64,000 nucleotides of DNA from Candidatus Poribacteria bacterium (GCA_965215265.1 OZ244048.1:4672001-4736000), one strand, 5' to 3'. Positions 50,522-60,127 are shown, numbered from the stretch's first letter. Notes: generated from the sequence alone by a model not told the origin. Numbers and translations are program-made.

Positions 50522-51469
50522 TTAAATGAGTTTATCAGCGAGTATGAAGTTTAGTCCTACCAATAAACTGCCGCGCGCACCTCCTTGAAGGTTTGCATCC
50601 ATCGTGGGGGCGAGGTAACTGGGAGCAGTTACTAATTCTGCTGTATCCAACGGTGCAGCGTGCTCGTTGTGCGTAGCTGATTCATGAGCATGTTCTTGCA
50701 AACTTTCTGTTGCGCCGTTTGCCGGTTCAAAAGCCGCCTCGCGACCAGCAATGTTGCCCCGATTCTCAAACAAGCCTCGCGCCGAAACGCTCAGCCAATG
50801 GTTGAATCTGTGTGCAACCCAGAACGTTGAACTCGTAGCAGGTCCCGGACGATAGCCCCGATTATTTTCGTTGAGGCGAATTGCGACACGTGTCTGTCCG
50901 CCAAACGACCAGCTGCCTCGTGTTGTGAAAAAGGTCAACCCAGGCATAAATTCCAAAGAACCCGAGCCTAATTGCATAGGATCGGGTAGGATAGTTTCAG
51001 TACTGCCACCATGTATACCTTCTACCGCAATTGAACCGGTGGGAACGGAAATCCCAGCATTGAGGATGAAGTCTGCATTTTGTGTATTCAGCAGGGCATC
51101 AGCGCGGACAGTTTGAGGTCGCCGAGTCCAGCACTTTCCATTTCATGATGTCCTACCGGATGGTCGTGAGCACCGGTATGCAGGTGTGCTCCTTCCATTT
51201 CCATAAAATTTCTTCTGTAACTCATCATTGCCATGAGAGTGATGCTGTCGTAGAGGGCGAACATCACACCTAACATGTGCATCTGCATCTGCATCGTGGT
51301 AGGCACCATCGCAAACTCATGAAGTGCTTCTTCAGTTGAAACAGACTCGGTACCATCTCCCAACGATGTCTCCATTTGCCAAAACTGGTGACACATTCAC
51401 TAAGATGAGTAGTGCAAGAATGCAGGCAAAAGTGTTCACCTGCGAGACTTCAGACGGTAATTGGTTCAT
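50522..51469 (-). pseudogene. Degraded His/Met-rich outer-membrane beta-barrel ('transporter', phenol-MetA-like family)
   Basis: Three frames: signal peptide; DGT..VS..E.L..F.MVPT.M.M.MHMLG...GLGDLKL; NAGISVPTGS...MQLGSGS; truncated C-terminus. Confidence 0.65.
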
Positions 51470-51644
51470 TAAGTTTAACCTCTCAAACAATTTAACGCTT
51501 GCTCTAATTATACTATAAGTCAAGCGCAAAATCAAAACAAAATCAGAGGAGAGGCACGAATGCCCGTTGGACAGAGACGCACAAACCAATTCATAAAATA
51601 ATCGTAGTCGTGCTGAAATCTAAAACCGGAATTCTCCTTTTATA

Positions 51645-51672
51645 TTGACATATCTTGAGTGAGTTGTATAAT
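51645..51672 (+). promoter_or_regulatory. Consensus sigma70 promoter, probably yielding a leaderless sulfatase mRNA
   Basis: TTGACA-16 bp-TATAAT; ATG 7 nt downstream, no RBS. Confidence 0.7.
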
Positions 51673-51679
51673 GTTACGT

Positions 51680-53128
51680 ATGAATAAAACGCAACCTAAT
51701 ATTCTCTGGATATGCACCGACCAGCAGCGTTTTGATACGCTCAACTGCTATGGCAATCCGTTTGTGCAAACGCCAAATTTGGATAAATTGGCGCAGACAG
51801 GCGTGCTTTTTGAACACGCTTACTCGCAGAGCCCAGTATGCACGCCAAGCCGGGCGAGTTTCCTAACCGGAAGATACCCGCGGACAACGCGATGCAGACA
51901 GAACGGACAGGCTATCCCCCCAGATGAAATCCTCGTAACCAAAATCCTTCACGATGCAGGATATGTGTGTGGTTTAGCTGGCAAACTCCACCTCGCCCCT
52001 TGCAACCCAGATGTCTGGAAGGGGACAGAACAACGGATTGATGACGGTTATGACCAGTTCTTTTGGTCGCACGACCCGAATGATGGATGGTTTGCACACG
52101 GATATACGCAGTGGCTGCAGGATAGAGGCCTGAATCGCAGCACAAAACCTTTTCCTGACTCACAGTACGTTCAAGTTATTCCGTCAGAGGAACACAGCCA
52201 AACGACGTGGGGTGTCGAAAAGGCGATGTCGTTCATCAGAAGCGCTGAACGTTTCGAGCAACCCTGGCTCTTCTCGTTAAATCTGTTTGACCCGCACCAC
52301 GCCTTCGATCCCCCTATAGCAGCCCTTGAAAGATACCGCGACATCCTTGACGAGATACCCTTACCAAATTATGCTGAAGGAGAATTAGAAGATAAACCGG
52401 TTTGGCAAAAAATTGACCACGGTGGGGCCTATGGCAAACAGTCCGGATATCCTTACCGTGAGATGACAGATACAGACCATCGGTGGATACGCGCCGCATA
52501 TTGGGCAATGATTGACGTAATTGACGCGCAAGTTGGACGGTTATTCGATTTCTTGGAAGAGACTGGGCAGTGCGAGAAGACGATCGTTATTTTCACTTCC
52601 GACCACGGGGAGATGCTCGGAGACCACGGAATCTACTTGAAGGGACCTTATTTCTATGAGCCAGCGATCCGCGTACCGCTGATTATTTCAGGACCTGGAA
52701 TCTTGAATAACGGGGCACGTTCCAACGCACTCGTGGAATTAGTGGATATAGCACCCACGCTGCTGCAAGTATCAGGTACGGAACAACAGCCCGGTATGCA
52801 GGGGCAGAGCCTCTTACCCCTCCTCACAGGTGATGGCCCGTTGGATACGCACCGCCAGGATGTCTATTGTGAGTATTATAACGCCATGCCGTGGCATCAA
52901 CAACCGCAAGCACACGCGACCATGGTGCGCAGCAAAAAGTATAAGATTGTTGCAGTGCACGGGGCAAATGGCGGTGAGCTCTACGATTTAGAGAGAGAGC
53001 CGGATGAAACCAACAATCTCTGGAATCATCCGGAGGCAAGAGAGGTTCAACTTCAGATGATGGAGCGGCTCATCAACCGGATGGCCTGGACGGTGGATCC
53101 GCTGCCCGAACGCCAGGCACCGTGGTAA
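51680..53128 (+). CDS. Sulfatase (formylglycine-dependent, choline/arylsulfatase-like)
   Basis: PNILWICTDQQR, CTPSRASFLTGRY, GKLH, SDHGEMLGDHG. Confidence 0.93.
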   Translation: MNKTQPNILWICTDQQRFDTLNCYGNPFVQTPNLDKLAQTGVLFEHAYSQSPVCTPSRASFLTGRYPRTTRCRQNGQAIPPDEILVTKILHDAGYVCGLAGKLHLAPCNPDVWKGTEQRIDDGYDQFFWSHDPNDGWFAHGYTQWLQDRGLNRSTKPFPDSQYVQVIPSEEHSQTTWGVEKAMSFIRSAERFEQPWLFSLNLFDPHHAFDPPIAALERYRDILDEIPLPNYAEGELEDKPVWQKIDHGGAYGKQSGYPYREMTDTDHRWIRAAYWAMIDVIDAQVGRLFDFLEETGQCEKTIVIFTSDHGEMLGDHGIYLKGPYFYEPAIRVPLIISGPGILNNGARSNALVELVDIAPTLLQVSGTEQQPGMQGQSLLPLLTGDGPLDTHRQDVYCEYYNAMPWHQQPQAHATMVRSKKYKIVAVHGANGGELYDLEREPDETNNLWNHPEAREVQLQMMERLINRMAWTVDPLPERQAPW

Positions 53129-53348
53129 CTTCAGCAGGCAGAGAGGCATCGAGGTAGCCTTTTTGCGTAAGTAACTCCTGATTCGTCCGGAGACTTGCCT
53201 CATGAAACTGATAATTGTTTTTACCGAGCCGGTAGTAACACCGGAGATGTCCTGTGTCAACTGCCCGCTTGAGCACAACCGAGGAGAGGCCAAGCATGCG
53301 CGCGGCCTCAACGAGGTTATATTCAACAGTATATCCACGTATACGCAT
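53073..53348 (-). CDS. Small excisionase/MerR-like helix-turn-helix protein
   Basis: AAGGAG RBS; YNLVEAARMLGLSSVVLKRAVDTGHL matches the HTH_17 pattern. Confidence 0.65.
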   Translation of the reverse strand: MRIRGYTVEYNLVEAARMLGLSSVVLKRAVDTGHLRCYYRLGKNNYQFHEASLRTNQELLTQKGYLDASLPAEVTTVPGVRAADPPSRPSG

Positions 53349-53426
53349 TCGTGTCTCCTTTTAGAGTTCGCCTAAATTAATTTCCCATGACTTGTCTTAT
53401 ACTAAAAACGCAAAAAGGAGAGGAGG

Positions 53427-53522
53427 GTTTCAAATTAACCATCTACGATTCGCAATGAGTGTCTCTGAAATGCTGATTATGCGGGGGCATGCGTTTCAAA
53501 TTAACCATCTACGATTCGCAAT
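53427..53522 (-). CRISPR. Orphan CRISPR-like mini-array: two identical 30-bp repeats and one 36-bp spacer
   Basis: GTTTCAAATTAACCATCTACGATTCGCAAT at 53427-53456 and 53493-53522; reverse complement ends TTTGAAAC like 30-nt type I-B/III repeats; no cas genes in window. Confidence 0.5.
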
Positions 53523-54078
53523 TTTCATGCTCTGCTGTCTGCCAATCTCCCTTAACGCAGAGGCTGAAAATGTTTTTACGCGATGGGATCAAGCTATCTT
53601 TAAAAACGTCTACGATGCCCCGCCGCATCAAGAACCGATCTGGACAATCATGGAGACGGTTACGGAGTTCGGGCATTACCGTGCTGTGATGGGGCTCTCC
53701 ATCCTCCTTATGGCGTACGGTGATGAATCGCACCGTGAAACCGGACAACTTTTATCCAGTGCGTTTTTGGGGACGGGAGTCGTTACGTACGGAATGAAGC
53801 GGCTCATTGGACGAAAGCGGCCGCTTGATGAGACGTTGGGGAATCCCGCTTTCCCGTCGGGGCACACGTCTCTGGCATTTAGTTCCGCAACAATTTTAGG
53901 CTATCGGTATCCGAAGTGGCGAATACCGCTCTATATTGGCGCGGGGCTTGTCGGATTCTCGCGCATCTATTTAGGACGGCATTACGCCTCAGATGTGGTA
54001 GCCGGTGCCGCACTCGGCACCGCGATGGGAATGCTCGTTTGGCATAAGCGCGCAACAGTGTTGCACTGGGAATTTTAG
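53479..54078 (+). CDS. PAP2 family phosphatase
   Basis: KRLIGRKRP, FPSGH, SRIYLGRHYASDV; start uncertain (53455, 53470, 53479 or 53527). Confidence 0.85.
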   Translation: MRGHAFQINHLRFAIFMLCCLPISLNAEAENVFTRWDQAIFKNVYDAPPHQEPIWTIMETVTEFGHYRAVMGLSILLMAYGDESHRETGQLLSSAFLGTGVVTYGMKRLIGRKRPLDETLGNPAFPSGHTSLAFSSATILGYRYPKWRIPLYIGAGLVGFSRIYLGRHYASDVVAGAALGTAMGMLVWHKRATVLHWEF

Positions 54079-54127
54079 GGATGGATGTAGCGTAGAAACA
54101 GAGAGAAGAGAAGAACGATACGGAAAA

Positions 54128-55612
54128 TTACTGAACAAAGGATAGAATTTTTTTCATCTTGCCCGGCTGTGCCCAATTGCATTTTCCTGCACCATTGAGC
54201 TGCCGCAATAAGACTTGAATTTCTGGATCTTCAAGGGCAGTTTTAAGCCGCTGCGCATCCTGTTTGCTCCAGCACGGAATAAAGGCGTGCATTGACTGAT
54301 TGCCTTGCCAAACTTGTCCATCTATATCAGTGAGCACAATCGGACTGAATTCGCTTCTGCCATACGCCTCCCAGATAACTTTGAAAGGCGCAAATGAATA
54401 GGGACCAACCCCGAGCAATGCCCACCAATGCCCCCTATTAATAGCTGCACGGAGGAGTGTTCCTTTCCTTTCTTGAAGCACATCTCGGGTGTTCAAGAGG
54501 TAGTTTTTTAGGTGTTCTTGCATCTGATACCACTCGAGCGGCTTTCCGCTTTCTCGGTGATACGGAAGTAGTACCCACTTGAGCGGTGTTGACACGCTTT
54601 GACGCCAGAGTTCCTTTGTCGCCAACGGGTACAGGAATTCTTCGGGTAGATGCAGCGGTTTCCGCTCAAAAACGAAGACCTTCTTCGCACCACACGGATT
54701 TACCCCTTGCCGCGGTGTTTGCGTTGGTGAAAGTCTAATGTTAATTGCTGCATCTGTCTGCATCTCATCGAGGGTGTCTACTATCCGCCACGGGTCGTCC
54801 TGCGCTTTGAAGGGCAGTGCTTTGTGTTCAAGCCATTTTCCGTGCTGCTCCCGAAAATAACGGACAGGGAAACTCTGGTGCGTATCTAGATGAAACCTTG
54901 CACAGCCATAAGAGGTGCTGACACCTTCAAAAACCCTTGTCTCTGTCCATTCATAGACAGTATCTATAACAAAATTGCGATGATTCGCACGATAATTTCT
55001 AAACCCACGATGTGCACCGTCACCGAAAAAGAGAGACAACGGTAGATAGAAACAGCCAAAACCGTTCTTTTTGAGCAATTTTCCCAGTACAACCTTTAAC
55101 ACAAGTGCGGCGACATCAACACGGGAAGAACCCAAAAGCATCTTCTGTCTATCAGGCACAAGTCCTTCGGCAACAAAAAGCGGTTTAACGCGAGTTTTGT
55201 AATCCGCTGGCAGATCTGTGAAATTTGCCCACGGCGGGTTTCCAATCAGAATATCATAGTGTCTCTCGTGAGTTTCCATGAGTACATCTTGGCAAAACAT
55301 TTGAGAGGTAGGAAAATCTATCCGGAATTCTGTTTTGAGCTGCTCTCGAAACCGCTTAAGATGCGTAGGAACGAGCTCAATGAGAGTCAGACGTGAAAGC
55401 CGTTCGGAAGTGATAGGGATGCCTCTGCTCCGCGCGAGTTGAAGTATCGCGAGGATGAACGCGCCTTGTCCTGCCGTCGGATCGCAGATATACGCGCCAT
55501 CAACCCATGCTTCAAAAACGCGCCATCTATTAATGAGCCATTCTGCCCACTTTAGTGGTGTGAAGACCTGACCGATGGGAAAATCTACTAAATGAGAGAG
55601 TCTGACATTCAT
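54128..55612 (-). CDS. Orphan gamma-class N6-adenine DNA methyltransferase (TaqI/Eco57I-like)
   Basis: GQVFTP, DPTAGQGAF (motif I), IGNPPW (motif IV); no adjacent endonuclease. Confidence 0.85.
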   Translation of the reverse strand: MNVRLSHLVDFPIGQVFTPLKWAEWLINRWRVFEAWVDGAYICDPTAGQGAFILAILQLARSRGIPITSERLSRLTLIELVPTHLKRFREQLKTEFRIDFPTSQMFCQDVLMETHERHYDILIGNPPWANFTDLPADYKTRVKPLFVAEGLVPDRQKMLLGSSRVDVAALVLKVVLGKLLKKNGFGCFYLPLSLFFGDGAHRGFRNYRANHRNFVIDTVYEWTETRVFEGVSTSYGCARFHLDTHQSFPVRYFREQHGKWLEHKALPFKAQDDPWRIVDTLDEMQTDAAINIRLSPTQTPRQGVNPCGAKKVFVFERKPLHLPEEFLYPLATKELWRQSVSTPLKWVLLPYHRESGKPLEWYQMQEHLKNYLLNTRDVLQERKGTLLRAAINRGHWWALLGVGPYSFAPFKVIWEAYGRSEFSPIVLTDIDGQVWQGNQSMHAFIPCWSKQDAQRLKTALEDPEIQVLLRQLNGAGKCNWAQPGKMKKILSFVQ

Positions 55613-55660
55613 AGCAAAGAGACTATTGAAATCACAAATCTAAAAAACCTATCCACTGCA

Positions 55661-56644
55661 TTAAATTTCATAATGCACCAATTTTCGTGCCGCCTCAGTA
55701 ATCTGTTCTGGGCCGGGAATAACAAAATTTTCCATAACCGGTGCAAATGGCACCGGCACAGGTGCAGCAGCGACGCGCTCAATCGGGGCATCAAGGTAAT
55801 CAAACACTTCGCGTACGACCAGGGCGGCGATCTCGGCACCGAAGCCGGCTCTCCCGACAGCTTCGTGTGCAATGAGCAGCCGGTTGGTTTTCTTCACTGA
55901 ATTGAAAATCGTCTCTTTGTCCAGCGGCATTAACGTCCTTGGGTCAACCACTTCTGCAGAGATGCCCGCTCCGGCCAGTTCATCTGCCGCGGTGAGCGCG
56001 TTCAGAACCATGCGGGAGGTGGCTAGGATTGTGACATCTTCGCCCTCTCGTTTCACATCTGCCACACCGAACGGAATTGTGTATTCTTCTTCCGGAATCT
56101 CTCCTTGTTCGGTGTAGAGCAGTTTGTGTTCAATAAACATAATCGGATTATCGTCGCGAATTGCAGTCTTCAATAATCCTTTTGCATCATAGGGCGTTGA
56201 AGGCATCACAACGAGCAGACCGGGAATATGCACAAACCATGCCTCCAGGCTCTGGGCATGCTGTGCAGCAGAGGAGCGCCCAGCCCCGCCTTGGGTGCGA
56301 ATCACGAGTGGTACATCCAGCTGCCCGCCTACCATATAGCGAATTTTGGCGACCTGGTTAACAATCTGATCCATGCCGACAGCGGTAAAGTCAATATACA
56401 TTAACTCTGCGACCGGGCGCATCCCTGTGACAGCAGCCCCTAATGCAGTCCCTATGATCGCCGCCTCTGAGATTGGCGTGTTTCGGATGCGTTCCTTACT
56501 GAACTCTTGGAGGAGCCCATCAGTGACTTTATAGGCACCGCCATACTCAGCGATATCTTCACCCATGATAAACACAGTCTCGTCACGTTGCATTTCCTCT
56601 CGCAATGCTTCTTTCAACGCATCGCGATAGGTAATTGTTTTCAT
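55661..56644 (-). CDS. Alpha-ketoacid/acetoin dehydrogenase E1 beta subunit
   Basis: GEDIAEYGG, NTPISE, AAQHAQSLE, DPRTLMPLD, YLDAPIERV. Confidence 0.93.
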   Translation of the reverse strand: MKTITYRDALKEALREEMQRDETVFIMGEDIAEYGGAYKVTDGLLQEFSKERIRNTPISEAAIIGTALGAAVTGMRPVAELMYIDFTAVGMDQIVNQVAKIRYMVGGQLDVPLVIRTQGGAGRSSAAQHAQSLEAWFVHIPGLLVVMPSTPYDAKGLLKTAIRDDNPIMFIEHKLLYTEQGEIPEEEYTIPFGVADVKREGEDVTILATSRMVLNALTAADELAGAGISAEVVDPRTLMPLDKETIFNSVKKTNRLLIAHEAVGRAGFGAEIAALVVREVFDYLDAPIERVAAAPVPVPFAPVMENFVIPGPEQITEAARKLVHYEI

Positions 56645-56772
56645 ATTTCGCCTCCTAATTTAATCGGTTTTTAGCCTTTCGTTTGTCTTAGCTCTTTTAG
56701 TCGCTTAAAGCGCTCAACCGAGCGTCGCGTGAAGGTACTTGTAGATTTCGCCAGAGTCTCCTTGGCTATTTC

Positions 56773-58059
56773 CTACCTAACGCTACGGCAGACGTTATCT
56801 GTAAAGCGCACATTTGTAGATGATTCGCCACGGACCAGCGGACACTCACCATGAGCCACGAAGAGATTGTTGCAGAAACTAATATTACAAATCCCGGCAC
56901 TCCGACAGTCCACAGCGGTAGGGTTTCCTATAGTAGATTCTACGATTACCACTTTATTATTATGGAAAACTGTGTCTCTGATACCGCCATTAGCACCACA
57001 GGACCACAAGTGGATGCCCCCGTAACTATTTTTTCTTGCATCGTTGACGCTGAGGTTATAGCGGAGGACGTTATCGTGGAACGTTCGCGCCCCCTCAAAT
57101 TGTGCCAACTGATACCCCGGCCCGTCGTTGTCATGTGAATAGTTATACTGCACAATTGAATTCCGCACACCGCCATCCAGATCGAACCCACCCCCGTCTT
57201 TACTACTTCCGGTGCGGTTGTGATGAGACTCATTCAATTGAATTACAACTTGATTCGCATCCCATGCCCAAATTCCAACGGGGCCACCGCCTTCGTAATC
57301 ATTTAAGCCGCCATTTTCATAGGCATGGCAATGCTCAATCATCGCATCCTCTACTTGTGACAGAACAATACCATTTCCTGAATGGCTCCCCTTGCCTGGG
57401 ATACCCGTATTCCGGTAAACCTCGCAGTGGGCGACATAAACCTTAGTATGCGCATATCCAAGTCGTTCAGGGTTCCAAGCACCGAAGCAGCAGATGCCTG
57501 CATCGCCATTGTCATGGACATTAGCGTGTGTAATCCGGACATCCTCAAATCCACTCCAACTCCCATCTATCGGTTGTGCCATGATGCAAATTCCGGACTG
57601 CTTGAAACCGCACACACTAACTTGATGAACTCGGATATGTGCGAGTTTGATACCTCCGGGCAAGTCAGTGACGAACGAAATGCCAGAACTCGTATTGCTT
57701 GCTTCGCCGGCTCCGACAAAATTGAGTCCTTGGACGTTTATGCCACCGATGTTTTTGGCAAGCAACCCCGGCCCTATACCCGCTTTGAGTGTTGCTCGTC
57801 CATTCCCATAGGAACCAATAGTTATCGGTTTACAGCCACCGGTCGTGTCGGTTTCTGAAAGGATCAGATTTCCGGTGAATGTTTGGTTCGCGTGAAACCG
57901 GACCGAATCACCGGGACGCAACTGGGCAGCATTAACCCGCGCGATGCTTCGCCAGGGATGCGTTTTAGACGAGCCTACGTATGAATCATCTCCAAATTGA
58001 TTGATGTAGTAATCCATATTTTCGTAGGCAGAAACGGTAATACCGCCCTGGTCTGACAC
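56773..58059 (-). CDS. Right-handed parallel beta-helix (pectin lyase-like) protein
   Basis: GDDS..G.S..HPWRSI, SGNGIVL, DGGGFDLDGG, NYSHDNDGPG. Confidence 0.82.
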   Translation of the reverse strand: MSDQGGITVSAYENMDYYINQFGDDSYVGSSKTHPWRSIARVNAAQLRPGDSVRFHANQTFTGNLILSETDTTGGCKPITIGSYGNGRATLKAGIGPGLLAKNIGGINVQGLNFVGAGEASNTSSGISFVTDLPGGIKLAHIRVHQVSVCGFKQSGICIMAQPIDGSWSGFEDVRITHANVHDNGDAGICCFGAWNPERLGYAHTKVYVAHCEVYRNTGIPGKGSHSGNGIVLSQVEDAMIEHCHAYENGGLNDYEGGGPVGIWAWDANQVVIQLNESHHNRTGSSKDGGGFDLDGGVRNSIVQYNYSHDNDGPGYQLAQFEGARTFHDNVLRYNLSVNDARKNSYGGIHLWSCGANGGIRDTVFHNNKVVIVESTIGNPTAVDCRSAGICNISFCNNLFVAHGECPLVRGESSTNVRFTDNVCRSVR

Positions 58060-58172
58060 TGTATGCCTATCTCGTCATCCAAATATTGAAAATTGGGTTA
58101 GGCAGATTCAATCACTAAATCGCGATGAGATGCTTGAATCCACAAAGATTTTTAGCCAATCCGTTTTTTCTG

Positions 58173-59531
58173 CTAATTTGATGTAACGATTAACCCTTCT
58201 GTTTTCATCCATTCAATTGTCTGTGCAAAGGCTTGTACGGTATGTTCTACATCCGCTTCAGTATGCGCTGCGGTTGTCATGCCGCCGTTGCTGGCAAGAT
58301 CGACTCCGTTAAGCAGTAAGCCACATCGAAGCGGTGTCAGGAGCCGTTCATCGTTGCCACCTTTGAGTTTCCGATAATCCCAATCGTAGGCGTTAAAATC
58401 ACGTGCACGGACATCTTTTTCCCCATGCCCGATAAGCAGTTTGATGCCTGAAAATTCCCCGTAAACTGTCCAATCCAAAAGGTAGGAATCAATCAAAGCG
58501 TTAAGCGCATCCCGTAGTTGCTGTGCAATGCGGTTTGCCTGTTTGTGCGGTTCACCGGTTTTAACAGTGTTGAGCATAGCGATTCCAGCAGCTGCAGAGA
58601 GCGGATTCGCGTTAAAAGTACCCGGGTGAGGCATTTTTAACCCACGTTCCTCTGCTTTCATTGAAATCAATTCCATAACAGCTTTTTTTCCGACGAGTGC
58701 ACCGCCGGGGAGTCCACCCGCTAAAATCTTAGCGAGTGTTGTCATATCAGGGGTGACACCGTAATAAGCTTGGGCACCCCCCGGCGAGACGCGAAATCCT
58801 GTAATCACTTCATCGAAAATCAGGAGAACACCGTAGTCCTGCGTCAGTTCGCGCAGCCGCCGTAAAAACGTACCATCGGTCGGAACAATTCCGAAAGATG
58901 CACCGGTCGGTTCAAGGATTGCACAAGCGACATCGCTGTCATTTTCCAATAGCTGTTCGAGCGCATCAATATCGTTTGGTGGACAAAGGAGTGTTGTATC
59001 CCTTACTTCTTGCGGGATGCCCGGCACTGGCATATCAAAAGGTGGATAGGCACCTAGAATAAGACTATCGTGCCAACCGTGAAAGTGCCCGATAAATTTC
59101 AACACCTTTTTTTTTCCAGTGTAGGTGCGCGCGAGGCGCATCGCCATCAGTGTTGCCTCGGTGCCCGAACTCACAAACCGAATGCGTTCAGCCGACGGGA
59201 TGAGGTGCTTTATCAATTGGCCCCATTCCAATTCCAACGCATGGCACGCGCCATAGTGCGTACCGCGCTCCATTTGTTCCGCCACGGCTCCAACGACTTC
59301 AGATGGACCGTGCCCGAGCAGCAAGGCACCATGGCCAGCCCAATAGTCAATGAATTCTTTTCCATTAATTCCCCACTTCTTCGCACCAGATGCTCTTGAG
59401 ACATAGATGGGAAAGGGATCCATATAACGGCTGTCGTGTGTCACACCATCCGGAAAAAGTTGATTCGCTGCTTGTGAGAGTTCACTGTCTTTTGAAAAGG
59501 TTTTTTGATACCGCTCCACAATTGTTTTCAT
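58173..59531 (-). CDS. Class III aminotransferase, glutamate-1-semialdehyde aminomutase-like
   Basis: SGTEAT, FHGWHD, LIFDEVITGFR, LAKILAGG, GTFNANP. Confidence 0.88.
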   Translation of the reverse strand: MKTIVERYQKTFSKDSELSQAANQLFPDGVTHDSRYMDPFPIYVSRASGAKKWGINGKEFIDYWAGHGALLLGHGPSEVVGAVAEQMERGTHYGACHALELEWGQLIKHLIPSAERIRFVSSGTEATLMAMRLARTYTGKKKVLKFIGHFHGWHDSLILGAYPPFDMPVPGIPQEVRDTTLLCPPNDIDALEQLLENDSDVACAILEPTGASFGIVPTDGTFLRRLRELTQDYGVLLIFDEVITGFRVSPGGAQAYYGVTPDMTTLAKILAGGLPGGALVGKKAVMELISMKAEERGLKMPHPGTFNANPLSAAAGIAMLNTVKTGEPHKQANRIAQQLRDALNALIDSYLLDWTVYGEFSGIKLLIGHGEKDVRARDFNAYDWDYRKLKGGNDERLLTPLRCGLLLNGVDLASNGGMTTAAHTEADVEHTVQAFAQTIEWMKTEGLIVTSN

Positions 59532-60127
59532 GGTTTTTCCTCAATCGATTTCTTCTGATTCCCATCTGTTTCAGCAGTTTGACGTTGTTTCAGACGTGCT
59601 GCAAGCCGTTGTGCTCGCGTGAGTTTCGGCTCGGCAGGTGTTAATGAATAGTAGTCACACACAATGTCGTAATCGTGTTTAAAGGCAAACGGTGGGAATT
59701 CTTCCTTCGCAAAGAGGCACGCGTCTAAAGCCTCTGCCCCAGCCCTCGGAACACCAGCCACAATGTTGCCGACATACATGATGAGGACAACCGTCCGATC
59801 TGTATTCGGATAAACTCCCAATAATCGTTCTAAGGCAACCTCCACATTGGCTTCCTCTTGGACTTCGCGAACAGCAGCCTCTTCAGGGGTATCACCTATG
59901 TCAATATAGCCCGTTGGGAAACTCCAGAAGCCATGCCGCGGGCTATTTCCACGGCGAATTAGTAGCAGTTTTTCTCCTTGGAATGCAAGTACACCGGCAA
60001 CAGGTTTCGGGTCGCGGTAGAATACGAACCCGCAGCTTGTACAGCCTTGGCGGAGCCTGCCTTCAATATGTTGTTCTATTAGAATCGCTTTACATTTTGG
60101 GCAAAACTTAAATTCTTGATGCCCCAT
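59528..60127 (-). CDS. NUDIX hydrolase with N-terminal zinc ribbon
   Basis: FCPKC...CTSC; Nudix box GYIDIGDTPEEAAVREVQEEAN. Confidence 0.9.
   Translation of the reverse strand: MGHQEFKFCPKCKAILIEQHIEGRLRQGCTSCGFVFYRDPKPVAGVLAFQGEKLLLIRRGNSPRHGFWSFPTGYIDIGDTPEEAAVREVQEEANVEVALERLLGVYPNTDRTVVLIMYVGNIVAGVPRAGAEALDACLFAKEEFPPFAFKHDYDIVCDYYSLTPAEPKLTRAQRLAARLKQRQTAETDGNQKKSIEEKP

Noticed and set aside
58173-59531. Naming the aminotransferase hemL
   Set aside because: Lacks the GGVNSPVR-type N-terminal signature (has DGVTHDSR) and has no tetrapyrrole context
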